A stretch of 63,000 nt of DNA, counting the filler, from Basidiobolus ranarum (taxonomy: Eukaryota), in assembly GCA_040143965.1 (NCBI GenBank). It is 5 parts of 5 records of this genome, joined end to end, with 100 filler letters (N's around TTAATTAATTAA, not from the genome) between each part and the next. Parts side by side here need not be neighbours in the genome. Positions count along the whole stretch, not along the records: positions 25,274 to 37,791 come from JASJQH010007413.1; positions 37,892 to 50,401 come from JASJQH010007414.1; 3 more parts are not named here. One strand, written 5' to 3'. The notes below the pieces were generated by a model. That model saw nothing but the letters and a program-made list of their open reading frames with translations. It had not been told where the DNA came from and did not search any database. Shown here piece after piece: positions 25,303-39,158 of the stretch. A program made the translations under genes and the position numbers. How positions within the stretch are numbered: the first letter of the stretch is position 1; every line of letters begins with the position of its first letter.

Positions 25303-26616
25303 AAATATAGTTGTAATATACATTGTGGGAGTGCGTCATTATAGTTGCCTAAACGTTCCCATCAGGATCACTAGTACTCTGGCAATATATTGCTACTGAT
25401 ACCCTTTGATAATATAACTAAGCATACTCTATTCAATACAAATGAGTGCTAATTACATATTTTTTTCAATTATCCCAAACACTTCCAACTCAACTCATTT
25501 ACATACAGCACACCTATCTATCTGTTAAATTGCATCGAGGTTGCTCACTTTTGTTGGCCAATATATACCCACTATTCCCAAAATTCCGGTGTATTGGGCT
25601 CCTGCATTTGTTGTGTAGAGTACTTTGAAAGAAATTCCTTTCTTAGAAGCTCACAAGTACTTATTAACAACTTCTCTACCGGAATGAAACTTTCATAATA
25701 CTAAATACTGTTTAACTGGGACCATTTTGATTAGTTGAGTGCATTCGATGTAGCGTCAAAGTTGTGACCTTCACCTGAACCCACACACATGGAGAAGAAT
25801 AGAATCAAGTAATGCAATATGAATCAGAATCTGACCAAAATTCAGTTAAAAGACATCAATAGTGAACACTTTAGCAAGTTGAGCAAGAGTATAAGTTGAA
25901 GTCTCGCTCCCATACTCTTAGTATAAATGAAATGCGATATATATGCAGGGATATGATGACAAAAGGCTCTAATTTCCCCTACAAATGTTGAATAAGCTTG
26001 GTATATTTGCAATTCGATGAATATTTTCAAAGTTAGCTGATTCGCCAGGCAGTTAAGATTATTACATGCCTGTACTACTCTTACTATTCTTGGATTAACC
26101 TAACCCTAAAACTACGTTCTCCTTGGGTGCAAATTAAGGCCACGCTATATGTATCACTCGGAGTATGTGCCAATCACGATAGATAAAGATTAAATCAAAC
26201 ATCAGAAATTAAGTGTGGGAACATTCGCCGAGCCTGAGAAACTCCGCTTCTTGACAAACGAGTGGCTTGGTCTTGGTCATTTTGATTACATCTGTTTGCG
26301 TTTACTCTCCACCTCGACAAGTAGGCAAATTCACTAGTTCCTAAAGCTTCCCTTTTTTGGGGGAAGTTTTACTTTTGGCCCACAATATCCGGTTATTCCG
26401 GGTTTATCCAATAGGTGTCACTTGTAGTATTGGTGATTGGTTGAATGTGCTCACGTTTTTCTCACAATTTAATCCGACTCAAACTGATATTTATAAAATG
26501 AAGTGGCACTAGGGGAAAATTACTGAATTCCGATCCACTCCGAAAATTGTATTTGAGTTCGTTAGCGCCTTTACCCCTCTTCGATTCACTTTACCTCTAG
26601 ACTTCTTTAAAGAAAA

Positions 26617-29190
26617 ATGACACAAGATTTGCCTAACGAAGATGCCCCACAACTTTTGTGGACTCCAAAAAATCCTCAAAGTACTGAGATGGAGAAATTT
26701 AGAAACTTTGTGAACCAAAAATTTGGAAAAGCCCTAGGTAAGTCACCTTCAATGGAGAGAATTAAAACTTCCTCTTATAAAAGAAGACCAGTTTTCTTGA
26801 TAGTCTTACTTTTTGTTTGCTAGTGGATTTTTCTTGCCATATACTCAATTCTATTTCTTTCATAGCTAACTACGAAGAGCTTTACGCGTGGTCTTGCTCC
26901 AATATTTCCGACTTTTGGGCAGCTGTTTGGGAGTATACAAAGATTATTTCCTCTGTACCCTACGAAAAGGTAGCTTAACTTTGTTACTTGACCTTCTCCG
27001 TAAGAGTGTTGTATTTACGAAATGGATTATTTTTTTGGAATCGTAGGTAGTCGATGAAAATCTCAAAGTGAGTGATTTACCGGAATGGTTTCACGGAGCT
27101 CGTCTTAATTATGCGGAGAATCTTTTATGGCGACAGGATGATAAGGTAGCCATCATCTCAACTGGTAAGTAATTGGATAGGAATAAATGCTCGGATGGTA
27201 TGAAGATAGTTAAACCCGTTACTTATCTACAGGTGAAGGAAGAGAACCGGTTTCCCTTACTTATAAAGAGCTTTATGATAAAGTACAAGTTTATGCTGGA
27301 GCTTTACGTAGCCTTGGTGTAACGGTGGGTGATCGCGTGGTCGGATACATTCCTAATTGCCCAGAGGCCATTATTGCCATGCTAGCTGCTACAAGTTTAG
27401 GTGCTATTTGGAGGTAAACCTTTAATACGAACATCGTAGACCTCGCTCCAAACCGTTGCATTTCCTTACTCTTTTGCTTAATTTACAGCTCAACCTCCCC
27501 TGATTTTGGTATATCAGTAAGTAGAGAGGATCCCATCTGGTCTTCAATAATTCACTATATTAACCTTGACATCTTTCCAGGGAGTTTTGGATAGATTTGC
27601 TCAAATCAAACCCAAGGTTTTGTTCTCAGTAAACGCCATCGTTTATAATGGGAAGATATACGATCATCAAGGAAAGGTCAAACAAGTAGTAGACGAACTT
27701 GATGATCTCGAAGCCACCATTCTTATTCCTTTTGTAGAATCGCACCCAATGGAGGTTCAATCATTGAAAAAAGGAATCAGTTTAGAGGACTTCCTAAAAA
27801 ATGGAGATAATGGTCCACTCACTTTTGCACAGCTTCCATTTGATCATCCATTGTTCATTCTATTCTCTTCGGGTACCACTGGTAAACCAAAGTGCATCGT
27901 TCATCGTGCCGGTGGCATGCTTATTCAACATAAGAAAGAGCATGTCATCCACGGAAATCTGACAGAAAACGATGTCTTTTTCCAATATACCACTACCGGT
28001 TGGATGATGTGGAATTGGTTGGTTGCTGGGCTTTCTTTGGGATGCACCGTAGTGTTGTATGATGGCTCTCCATTCAAACCTGGGCCTGAATCCCTTTGGC
28101 AGATGGTGGATACATTTGGTATCACTGCATTCGGTACCTCCGCCAAGTACATTCAATCCCTTCAAGATGTGAACTTCAAACCAAATGAACACTTCAATCT
28201 ATCTACTCTTCATTCGTTGTATTCCACTGGTTCTCCCTTGAAACCCGAGAGTTTCGACTACGCCTATCGTCATATCAAATCTGATCTTTGTCTAGGTTCG
28301 ATTACTGGTGGCACCGATATTTGTTCTTTGTTTGCTGGTACTAATACAGCCACTCCTGTGTATCGAGGTGAAATCCAAACTCGCTGTTTAGGCATGGCCA
28401 TCGAGGCATGGGATGGACCTGGTAAGTATTTAACTGTGACTCACGTCAAGTCCATCGCTAACTAGAACGAACCTTTCATAGAAAAACCTGTTTATGGACA
28501 GAGCGGAGATCTTGTGTGTATCAAACCCTTCCCCTGTATGCCAGTTTATTTTTGGAATGATGAGGATGGCAGTAAATACAAGAGTGCTTACTTTGATAAT
28601 TACGACGGCGTTTGGTATCATGGAGACTTCGTATACATCAATGCTTCCACCGGCGGTGTTATTATGTTGGGTAGAAGGTAATGAATATATATCAGAATCG
28701 ACGCTCCTTTGTCGTGGTTTTAACCACTTGATTCTTTAGTGACGGCACCTTAAATCCTGCTGGTATTCGATTCGGCAGTGCGGAAATATATAACATCGTT
28801 GACAACTTTGTCGAGGTCGAGGACAGTCTTGTAGTGGGACAAAAGCAAGATGTCGACGAACGAGTGGTCTTGTTCCTCAAGATGGCTTCAGGATACGAGT
28901 TTAATGAAGATCTGATTAGTCGATTAAAAATGAAGATTCGTCAACAATTAAGCGCTCGTCATGTACCAGCCGTCTTTTTGACCACACAAGAAATCCCCGT
29001 AAGTTACTTTTTCCGTAATACACGTGATTCCTCCTCAACTAACACCTCTATTTAGCATACGGTGAATGGTAAAAAGGTGGAGATCGCAGTTAAACGAATC
29101 ATCTCTGGACAAAAATACATTCCAAGTGGAACCTTGGCTAATCCTGAATGTCTACAATCTTACTACAATATTCCCGAACTACTTCAATGA
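26617..29190 (+). CDS. AACS: Acetoacetyl-CoA synthetase (acetoacetate-CoA ligase), multi-exon
   Basis: [93 protein letters not shown]. Confidence 0.94.
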
Positions 29191-29756
29191 TGCATTTTCT
29201 CCTCACTTTCCTAATCTCCCCTATAATTCATTGATTCTCATTGTATTCTTCACTTTGTAATTTATGATGGTTGCACGACATGTCAATGCAATAAATCCTG
29301 TCTTTTCTTCTTATAACGTTAGACATCCGCCATTGTTGTAAGTTATCTTATGGTCGGATTTTAGTCACTCAGTATTGTATGCATAAGAATTGTCAGGTAA
29401 TGGTTATGCTAATATTTATGAGCTGTTTATATTATCAAAAGATGGGAATAATCAACAAAGAACTGGTGCCAAGTACGTGATATTTCCTACATGTTCAACT
29501 TGAGTAAAGATCAAAATCTTCTTTACTAAATTTAGTGTACTTGCTCTCTGAGCAATATTTGTAAGAGTGATAATGCCCTGTTGCCTCTATTGCCAATATT
29601 GGCCAAAAAGGTTACTTACGATTTCACGCCTTTAGAGCCTTACCAGAACTCTCCAGAGATAGACATACGCAGTACAGCTCAAGGACTGGCGGATAATGGA
29701 TCAATACTTGTTTCCATTGATTGTGGATTTCTGACTAGACAGATGCAAGTGGTATA

Positions 29757-30077
29757 TGTTAAAGTATTTTGAGAGCCTGTTGGAAGTAGTTTGGAGAACT
29801 AGAGAAATTGGTGGTTTTTACTTACTGATTTATTGAGTTGAAAATTGACATTTATAGTTTTGTCAGGATGTAAACAAACTAACGTGTAGAATGTTTTAAG
29901 GAAGGTCCCAGGAACATGTGTGCAAAGTTTGGGTCTTCTTTGAAAAATCTATATATCTGAGACCTTCTAAGTAAATTCCTCATGAGAATAATGGGTGATA
30001 TCTTAGTTCAATTTAGGTTAACCAAATACTAAGCTATGTATAACTATATAGGTGCTTAAGTAATGCTAATTTCAACA
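29757..30077 (+). mobile_element. Solo LTR, 321 bp, with 5-bp TSD GTATA
   Basis: TGTTAAAG...TTTCAACA termini, flanked on both sides by GTATA; homologous to five other copies or fragments in the window. Confidence 0.85.
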
Positions 30078-30973
30078 GTATATGAATCCATATTGAAGAC
30101 TCTATGTCACCGGAGAATATGAAGTGAAACTGTAGGTATGGCCTTCCGTGAAATTCTCTTCTTGATTATTGGGTATTCTAACTATATATGGATGTGTTGA
30201 AGGTTTTGATTGCAAGTAATGCTAAGAAAAATCTTACATTTAAAGCTTATATCGCATATGCACTGTTTCCAGACTGCAGAGAAAGTTGAAGCCTGAGATA
30301 AGGTCTAGAGAAACCAAATTGCTGGAAGTATTAGGGAAGATTTTATTCAAGCCAGGAATAATGCTATGATCTCCTCGAATCTGACATAGGTTAAGCATTA
30401 ATCAAAACAAATACTATTGTATAAAGGCTGGTAAAGTTCTAGAACATCTTGCAAGAGTTGAGGTGGAGGTTCTATCCCTAGCCAGACAAATATTTCTCTT
30501 CCAATATTTTCAACAGGTATATCAAATAACTACACCCTGCAAGGAGATACTTTTCTGGAATTCTTGAACATTATACATCTACAGTCAGCCGAGAAGTTCG
30601 GCATCGAGTTGGAACATGGATCTTTTGCATTACTAATTAAACCATATTTTTTCTCAATTTTTGGAAATAAAAAGTAGCGTAATTCGAATGCTGTGGATCT
30701 ACTGATTTCCCATAGCCCGAAATATTCAAATATATGTTGAGTTATTGGATTTAACAAGGGTCTGCTGCTTCAGGTAGACAGTCAACTAACTGAGTACAAT
30801 TTCTCTGACCAAACCTCTATTTATAGGAATGATCTCTAGAAAAATTTAGTTAACTACTTTACCTTCATGGAACTTTATACATAAACTTAGTAATATATGT
30901 TAAGGACACGATTAGAGCAATATTACAAGTGATTTATTAAAATAATTACAGAAGAAAGGAAAATAGGAGTATT

Positions 30974-31750
30974 TTAACAAAACTGTATAGTGTAATCGCC
31001 TTGACAAGTAAAAATGGAGGTGGAATCATCATATGCATAGCTGTAGCAGAATGGACAGGCAGCCTTGAAAATCTTGGAGTAGTAGGATGGATGACATGTT
31101 TGAGGAGTATTGTAGGCGCCAGTGCAGCAGTACTGAGGCGATCCAAAAGCATTGCAGGCTGATTTACAAGCAACAACCTTTCCATCATGATCACGTACCT
31201 GCAATGCAGCGGGGCAAATCAGGTTGATGTCCTTTTCAACAGTAGGGCTACCACATGAGTAAGGGTTACCCCAGTTGTTGATTTTAGAGTGAGGTTGAAT
31301 GGAAATTGGCAAATTATAACCGTCTACGAGAGAAACATCGTAGTAATCAAGATTTTTCCAACCATTGAATGTAAACTCAGCTAAGGAAGCAGGTGGCTGT
31401 CCTGATATATCTTGGCAGTATTCTTCTCCTGACCCACAGTCACCAGTAACACACGCAGTATTGGTGGTCATGTTTTTGTTGGTGAAGTCACACTCGGTAC
31501 GGCCCCAGAAACGACCCTGCCATTGATCCACAACAGTAATAGTGTAGGTCTCGCCAGGTGTGAGGAGACCACCATTCATGGGGAGCGGAGAGTTCTCCCA
31601 TTCGGATAGGGAGGCCAACCAGACATTATGGGAACATTTGTTTTTAAACACGAGGTTATGAAGCAAATTATCTTGCTGATCAACCGGAGCAGAATGGACC
31701 GATGCAAGTACAGCAAAGAAAGCGGTAATAACTCTGAGTGAGGACAACAT
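30974..31750 (-). CDS. Secreted thaumatin-like (PR-5) protein, intronless
   Basis: Signal peptide; N.CSHNVW, WQGRFWGRT.C, C.TGDCG, PPASLAEFT, DYYDVSLVDGYNLP, CKSAC, YSKIFK.ACP..YSYAYDD.TS.FTC. Confidence 0.96.
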   Translation of the reverse strand: MLSSLRVITAFFAVLASVHSAPVDQQDNLLHNLVFKNKCSHNVWLASLSEWENSPLPMNGGLLTPGETYTITVVDQWQGRFWGRTECDFTNKNMTTNTACVTGDCGSGEEYCQDISGQPPASLAEFTFNGWKNLDYYDVSLVDGYNLPISIQPHSKINNWGNPYSCGSPTVEKDINLICPAALQVRDHDGKVVACKSACNAFGSPQYCCTGAYNTPQTCHPSYYSKIFKAACPFCYSYAYDDSTSIFTCQGDYTIQFC

Positions 31751-33116
31751 AATGAAAGCTGGTGAAGTTCTAAAAGAGAGGATTCTTCAAGTATTTATAA
31801 TTGTCGGTGGTATCTTACTAGCAAGCCATTATAGCCTTGTGTTTTGTATGATTTGTTTTTACTACCACTTTGAATCTTATAGATAATCCTAATTATTGTT
31901 TGCAATACTAATTGTTTCAATTCCGTTTTGTTTTATCAACACTGAAGGGTCAAAGCTATCATAACGGGTGAGATAGATATGTGCAATACCAGGATAAATT
32001 TCTTAGGTTAGAAATATTATGCTAGATTTCTCAAATGCGATGATAACTTTGGCAGCGATAAATACCCAGTTTAGTAGATTTTACCATTTAAGGAATTCAA
32101 CTCCCTTGATGATAAAAACAACAACCATCCAATCAGGCTGTGATATAGAGAAATCAAATCTAGAGATTGCGTTGTTTCGGCTTGTTGATTTCCCTCTCGA
32201 TCATGCATAACTTTATTTCTTTTTCTGAGTAATTATTGACAATTGATCAAATATCAGGCAGGTTTCGTAAATTGGCCAATGTGTATAACAAACTATTCAT
32301 AACTCTTCATCATTTGCTCAAGCGCAAGATCAGTTATGTTTGTTGATCCCGTACAACGGTTGTTATTTGTAGGTTAGTATAGTCCAGCTCTAGAGTCCCA
32401 GACTTATTCTACAACTAACTCTTATGGTGTTCTACTCGGTGATTTTCTAGTCATGCATCTTTGGTGAGGAGTGTTCTCCATTATCTAATTTGGCATAATT
32501 TTGGTATACTTTCACTCTATACTTCTTAAAGTTACTATGACAAATGTGGCTAGCATCTACTCTCCAATGAGAAGTTACATTCATGAATGGACTGCTTTCC
32601 AGGTTGTAAATATGTAAGAAAATTTCAAGATGGGTGATTTATGGAATAGCCTATATTTGGCGTAACACACTCTAGCTTCCGAAGTCCCTTGAACAGTGCT
32701 TATTACAATAAAGATTCAAGTAAAATCCTTCAATTTTGAACATCCAAACTCACCTGTATCTCGATTTTGCTTCAGCATAAATAAGACCTAACCCTAAGAT
32801 ATCAAATCGTCACCATGGCCACGTTCTGGTTTGCTAATTTTTCTACTTTCTAATCTGATACATGCCAAAACGACAGCCCGATATATCCAAAAATAGTAGC
32901 CCATTATATCAAATATAGTTTACAATTCTATTGAATTTTGGGGTATATTCCAAGAATTTTTCTTAATCTATTTCCAAATCAAATGATGCAATTATGACAA
33001 CCAAATGGGGCTAAGTAACTAGATGGAAAATCTCACTTAGTCTAGCGCTGATACTCTTGCCTAATCATGATTAATTTCGCTCTTCCATTCACTTCTTTTC
33101 ATCACTTTGGATTACA

Positions 33117-34258
33117 ATGAGTTTTGCTGCCTCCTGGTTCACAGTGAGATGTTCCAAGTTAAAGGTGAGTTGTATCGGTTTTGCCTCGTTCTTATCGAAC
33201 AATATTCTAAAACCCATCCCTTTTGTCACTTAGTTGGTTATTGTCGTGATTCTATTCGTTGTAATATCGACACTTTTGCTGCAACCTGATTTTATTCAAG
33301 GTATTTCATTCTTTCAACTTACTCACTTGTTATATTCATCATCTGAAGCTATGAACATCTTGAACAACACAATTCGCTAAAACATCTATTACTCGAAAAA
33401 TAAGATTTCAATTTCCAAAGTGGTGGCCCTGTAAGAGTCTATTCTCATGAGTTTTCCGACGAAGGGTTGGGAAACAAATTTTCAGAAGTCCTTATAGGTC
33501 TCTATTTTTCTCGAAACAACGGACTCAAGTACAAGTTCAACTACGACTCTTTTGTTAAGAACCATAGAAATGACGACTACGCGTGGTTTGCAGACCTGCT
33601 TGCTAGTCGTTATGATAAATCGGATAGTAACGATAAGCTAGTCCGGGTCGACAACCTACTTGGCCATCAAAATCTCACCATTGACCAGGTTGAAAGTGGT
33701 TATAATGGTTTCTACTCGACCCAATTTTGGCACTGTGGTGAAGTTAACGATTGTTTCTTCGCCAAGGTCTCATTTTTTAACGCAGTTCGAGAACTTCAGG
33801 ATTTGCTTAATATCAAGACCAGAGTCCATCGAGTGGGAATTCACTTGCGGTTTGGAGATTTTGGCTCATTTTCTACTGTAGAAGACTACCAGAAAATTCT
33901 TCGTAACCTCCACAAAATCAACAAAGAAAACATTCCAGAAGAAAAGGTGCACTTCGTTTTCTATTCACCAAATGACACTGAAGATATTCTCGACGAGCTA
34001 AAAGGAGCATTTCCAAAGGCTCAATATCACAACATGACCAGTGTAGAAGGTACTGTTAAGTTTCTTGCAAGCTCACAGTATCATATCACTTCCGGATCCA
34101 GTCTAAGTTACACAGCTGCTTATCTCTGTCCTGGTTGCCATATCGTATTTACCGAGCCAAAGGAACGTTTTCTTAGCCCATTGAATGACGAAACTATCAA
34201 CAAAACCTTTTATTACATGAACGAATGGACACCTTACTACAAACTTCTTCACAACTAA
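33117..34258 (+). CDS. Type II membrane fucosyltransferase-like glycosyltransferase (alpha-1,2/1,6-FucT superfamily)
   Basis: Spliced N-terminus MSFAASWFTVRCSKLK|LVIVVILFVVISTLLLQ (TM; second intron 33301-33404); EGLGNK, GIHLRFGD (motif I-like) and SGSSLSYTAAYL (motif III-like). Confidence 0.7.
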
Positions 34259-35389
34259 AAGGGTTGTATCGTATACACTGCTTGCCCTTGGGTCATCTGT
34301 ATCTGTTAGTGAGGGGTCAAGTTAGGCTACCTCCATAGCAACTTTTCCTTTCAGTCGTTTGTTATTCTATTAATGCAACATCGAAATTTTGCCAAAATAG
34401 GATCAATTCAATCCTAGTATCCCATATACCTAAAATACATTAACTGAAATGTTTACCCCAACTTGTTGATCTTAATAAATTGTCTTGTGCATTTTCAATC
34501 GAACATTCATTTACACTGCATGCGTAGAGTTAGATGTGATGTTAGCTTGAGAGACTGATTGGAATTATTTGGATGCACTATATCTAAATTCATCATCACC
34601 CGAGTTAGCGGTAATTGTAGACAGTCCTTTCCATATGCAGTTTGCAACAATATTCGTGACTTTTGTTGTGATCTGAATCTGTCATAAGTGCTGTATTAAA
34701 CCAAGAAATCTCATTTGCATATTTTGCCCTCACAAACATCTTTGTTGACCACAATCGCTTTGTAGTTACGACCTTGATCATTCTTCGAGGTACAATATTC
34801 ATCTAGCAACAATATGTCCGAAACTGCCAACTTACAGATAGCACAGAACCTACAGTTACCGCCAAACCAGTCGCAATCTACTTTGTTCCCGGCGTATTTA
34901 TGTGGAATCCCATCCAAGTGGCTGTTGTCATACTCTTTGTTACAAGCAGAACATACTTTCTCCGAGGAGCAGCTCAAGATTAGAGGTAGTGGTGAACCAT
35001 GCGGTGAAGAGAAGATGTTGATACAACCGCGAGTGATTATTCTGCTTTTCCTTAACTTACCAGAAAGTGTGCAATTATTGGAAAGATAATCTTTCATCAA
35101 AGACAGCACTTGTCATTCAGGCTAACAAGAATCGAGTTTGGGTAGTAGTTGGAATGAAGTATGGTGATTATCTCTCATAATGTAGTAGATTTAATACTTG
35201 AAGTATTGAAACGTCAGTTAAAGGAGCAAAAAAATATATATATTCAAGTAGAGGACTGTCCATCCCGTGTACCATGAAATGGATATCAAGAAGAATTCTC
35301 TTCAAGAATGGCATGTTGCTTTGCATGTATTGATTTGGAACTTCAACCAAGCATCCGTGAGAAGATTCTAATGAAGAATTTGTTGAATC

Positions 35390-35710
35390 TGTTAAAGTAT
35401 TTTGGGAGCCTGTTGGAAGTGGTTTGGAGAATTAGAGAAATTGGTGGTTTTCACTTATTGATTTATTGAGTTGAAAGTTGACATTTATAGTTTTGTCAAG
35501 ATGGAAACAAACAAACGCGCAGAATGTGTTATGGAAGGTCTCGGGAACATGTGTGCAAAGTTTGGGGCTTCTTTGAAAAATCTATGTATTTTCAAACTTC
35601 TAAGTAAATTCCTCTTGAGAATAATGGGTAATATCTTAGTTCATTATAGGATAACTAAATACTAAGCCATATATGACTATATAGGTGTTTAGGCAATGCT
35701 GATTTCAACA
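35390..35710 (+). mobile_element. LTR copy, 321 bp, no matching TSD
   Basis: TGTTAAAG...TTTCAACA, colinear with 29757-30077; flanks GAATC and ACAAT differ. Confidence 0.85.
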
Positions 35711-36054
35711 ACAATAAGTTTTGGACTTACATTGTCAAACTTTGACTTATACTGCGACCATATGTGAGAGGCAATTTGATAGCCTTCATCATAAACGTAA
35801 TAGTAGTACATTGAGATGGTCCATCATCAAGCGTTAGGGTCGATCAGCCAGCTTGATAGCCATAGATATTGTCAGGTAAAATACAATTCTCACATTGAGA
35901 GGATTAGGCGGGTACCAGATCCTACTGGTCTGAGTGTGACGTCAGGAACGCTTGAGATGTCATATTCAGTGTTATCTAGCATCAAACCTTTTGTGGATTA
36001 ATTAGCCATGATTCGGCTATTTTCGGATTCACCTATTCAATCGTAAATGTCTAG

Positions 36055-36126
36055 TTTACCTTTCAAGTCTAATTAATCGTCTTTATTATTTTACCTTTCA
36101 AGTCTAATTGATCAAGTCTTTATTAT
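36055..36126. repeat. Tandem duplication of a 35-37 bp unit
   Basis: TTTACCTTTCAAGTCTAATT(A/G)ATC(AA)GTCTTTATTAT twice. Confidence 0.85.
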
Positions 36127-36849
36127 ATTTGAACATATTTCAATTCATGTGTGAGATATTTGCCTTTAATGGTAAGGGTTAAATTTAGCTTGAAGGTGGC
36201 AGAGATCGTTAGTAATAAGCATTAAACCACTACATGATCTTGGAATATACATAACTTGGCGAGTTGGAAACACCCTAACTACTTCATTGTCATTTTTTGC
36301 TGTTACACGTTGAAAATTGCTCTTTGTTACTCATTCGCTTGGGCTTGTATAATACTTGCACCTAGTAGAATCAGACCTATCTTGGCGGAGGTGTGACGGA
36401 GGTTAAGCTAATCAACTGAATCACTATTACTGTTACCAAGGCGCTCCGTTGGTGATATGCACTGTTTTTGATGAAATACCAGTGTCATAATTTGTAAGTG
36501 TTGTGCCTGAGATAGATCATGTCATAGGTAGAGTAGCCATCTTGTACCTGATGGCCATTGTTAAGACGCATGTTGTAAGACTTGTCTCATGTTTCTTGAT
36601 AAAGTTTTTTTTTGGCTAAAGTATATTAGCAACATCAGGTCGGAAAAGGACTACCACTGAAGTTTAACTCTTGGCATTTATCGTAGTTCTATTTCTATAG
36701 CCATATATGCTATCATCTCTTGAGCGTGACAGCTACTGCGTGTATAGAAGTCACTTTAGTACGTCTATGTATTCATATGCAATCATATTTATTCTTTACA
36801 CCAAACTAATGTAACGAATATTTTGACTTGGTTATCAAAAAAATACATG

Positions 36850-37228
36850 CTATATTACACTGACATCTGTTGATTGTTAACTCACCCTTACTGACATTAT
36901 TCACGTTTGGAAAATCAACTGGGTCACTTCCGCATTGATTGCATTTGTGATCTCTCAAGAAGCCGATAAGTTGACAGACCTGCCACTTGGAGATTTTCTT
37001 GCTACCCATGTTTTGAATGAACGCACAGAAATTTCGGTGAATTGGAAAGTTGGTGACTTGCTCATTGACCGTGAAAATATGCTGACCATTGCTAAATTGC
37101 TCGTTCTAATCGACATTTCAAATGCCACGGCACCGTTGTTGCCAACAACATCACAGTCACTTGAACACATCAATAGCACCTATGGAAAGAACGAAAAAAA
37201 CTGCTGATATGGTTGTTTGTTTCATCAT
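36850..37228 (-). pseudogene. KP4 killer-toxin-like gene, disrupted
   Basis: Signal-peptide-like MMKQTTISAVFFVLSIGA, then 4 in-frame stops, then NEQFSNGQHI..FCAFIQN..LRDHKCNQCGSDPVDFPNVNNVSKGELTIN, matching the KP4 C-terminal pattern (H-x-C-x-x-CGSDP..N-x-VS-x-G-x-LT-x-N). Confidence 0.72.
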
Positions 37229-37791
37229 TTGAGTTGTGGCGATGTTAGAGTGTGAAGTGTAGTTTAGACACAAGTGTAGAAGATATTTATACTATGTTCT
37301 GATTGATATCTAAGCCAAGCCTCTGTCTTACTGTTACGCTGTCACTGTGGTACATGCCCTAAACCTCATTCTTCATGCTTTCTCTTGTTTAATCTCTATT
37401 ATCTACCACCTCTAGTCAACATTTACACTAATATATACTTTTTCTATTGCTCTCCGGTTACAATGATAAAATTCCATCCATCTGATAGACATTGAACAAT
37501 CGCCATTTTACCCGCTTTGTTCTTTTTCTAGGGTCACATTAATTGTGTGGAGTTTTTTTATAGAATTGATCATTGATATTTTTATGCATACGAGCTCAAT
37601 AAAATCCATCAGTCCACCACTAATTCAGCCGAATCCCGATTTACAGTTCACCCTGGCCTATTTTGATGAAGAATAGTTGATAATTAATTGTATCCCACAA
37701 ATTCATGCTGTAGCATTTCTTCACATTATAAATATCATTTTATCCAGAAACAAACGTCAAGTTCTTCGGAACCTCTGACACTTGAAAAAAT

Positions 37792-37891
37792 NNNNNNNNN
37801 NNNNNNNNNNNNNNNNNNNNNNNNNNNNNNNNNNNTTAATTAATTAANNNNNNNNNNNNNNNNNNNNNNNNNNNNNNNNNNNNNNNNNNNN
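37792..37891. other. Artificial contig spacer
   Basis: N44-TTAATTAATTAA-N44. Confidence 0.97.
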
Positions 37892-39158
37892 GCTTCAGAG
37901 AGTATAGCAAGTAAAAGTATATAAACTCGTCCCATTCAACTATTCCGCCTGCATATCAAAGTTGAATGCAGTGGTAGGAATACATATAGGTGCTTCTAGT
38001 AAGTAGACCAACCGTAGAAGCACTAATAGTTTATAGATGTCAATAAATTTCAAAGGACTACTCTAGAGTGTAGCTCAATAGATTGTGAAAAGAACTGGCA
38101 AAAAACTTTGGGCTCGGTTAAGAATCAAGATAAATCCAGATTCGACGGACAGATTAATTTGAAATTTAGCACACTTATTTACTATAGCTTAATCTAGAGG
38201 TGATCAGATTTGTGGCGAATTTGACAGGCTAGTATATTTGCAACACACGAATATTTAGCTGACTACATTTCCAATCAACATATTAACTTTATAGGTAGTA
38301 CGGAAATACAAATTTCCAGTGAAGGTTACTACTCAAAATCACTGTAGACAGTAATAACAAACGCCTGGAAAACTTGCAAAAATTTATGATACCTTCAAGT
38401 TTCTGGATAAGCTAAAGTATATATCCAATATTAACTATCATATTTGATATTCACTTCTTATTATTAACACATACTTTTATCAATTCAACATTATCCTCTG
38501 TACCAGTTCCCCAATGCAAATTTATTTTAACTTTGAATGAAGACAATCTTAGTAACCTTCGTGCTTTTCTGTAATAATTAGAATGTAAAATTAGAATTTG
38601 TTAGGAAACGTCCATCACAAATGACTCTTTATTTGGATATAGAGTATATTAAAATAAATACTACACCACTTATGCTTTACTTCTCTCCTAGCACTAACCT
38701 TGCCCGGTGGAGATGTTTCTTGACAAAACCCTAAGCTACCATCCCTATCATCTCTCATTCCGACTATCCGCCTGCCTTTTACCACTGATGCTCATGTATT
38801 TTCCTAGTGAACATTTTCTCCAAATCCAGCCAAAAATGCTTGAATTAAATTGAAATTGTCCAAGGTCAAATCACTAGTCATTGACTGATAACATCTACTC
38901 AGGTAGACATTGCATGTGCTTCTTGATCACGTTTATTTGATTCAAGAAGTTGCCAACTCCCATCAAAGATTATCCATCTCCATGTACATTTTGACCTCGA
39001 TAGGCTAAGCCTTTAGATGAAGCAATATCTCTTCTGTTGCCATTACTACTTTAACTTGAATTAGTGATTAAAAGCATCATATTAAGAACATTTATCTTTT
39101 ATTCGAATATATCCTCTGGACCGGTTAACAAAGTGTATTCGCGGGAAATGGAAAATTA

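Noticed and set aside
30083-30760. Broken minus-strand reading frame beside the LTR, possibly retroelement internal sequence
   Set aside because: No gag, RT, RNase H or integrase motifs, and the adjacent LTR has its own TSD
33401-33403. Apparent premature TAA upstream of the fucosyltransferase catalytic domain
   Set aside because: It falls inside a plausible intron (33301-33404) whose removal keeps the frame
35471-35665. 64-aa ORF
   Set aside because: Lies wholly within the LTR copy and is not open in the copy at 29757-30077
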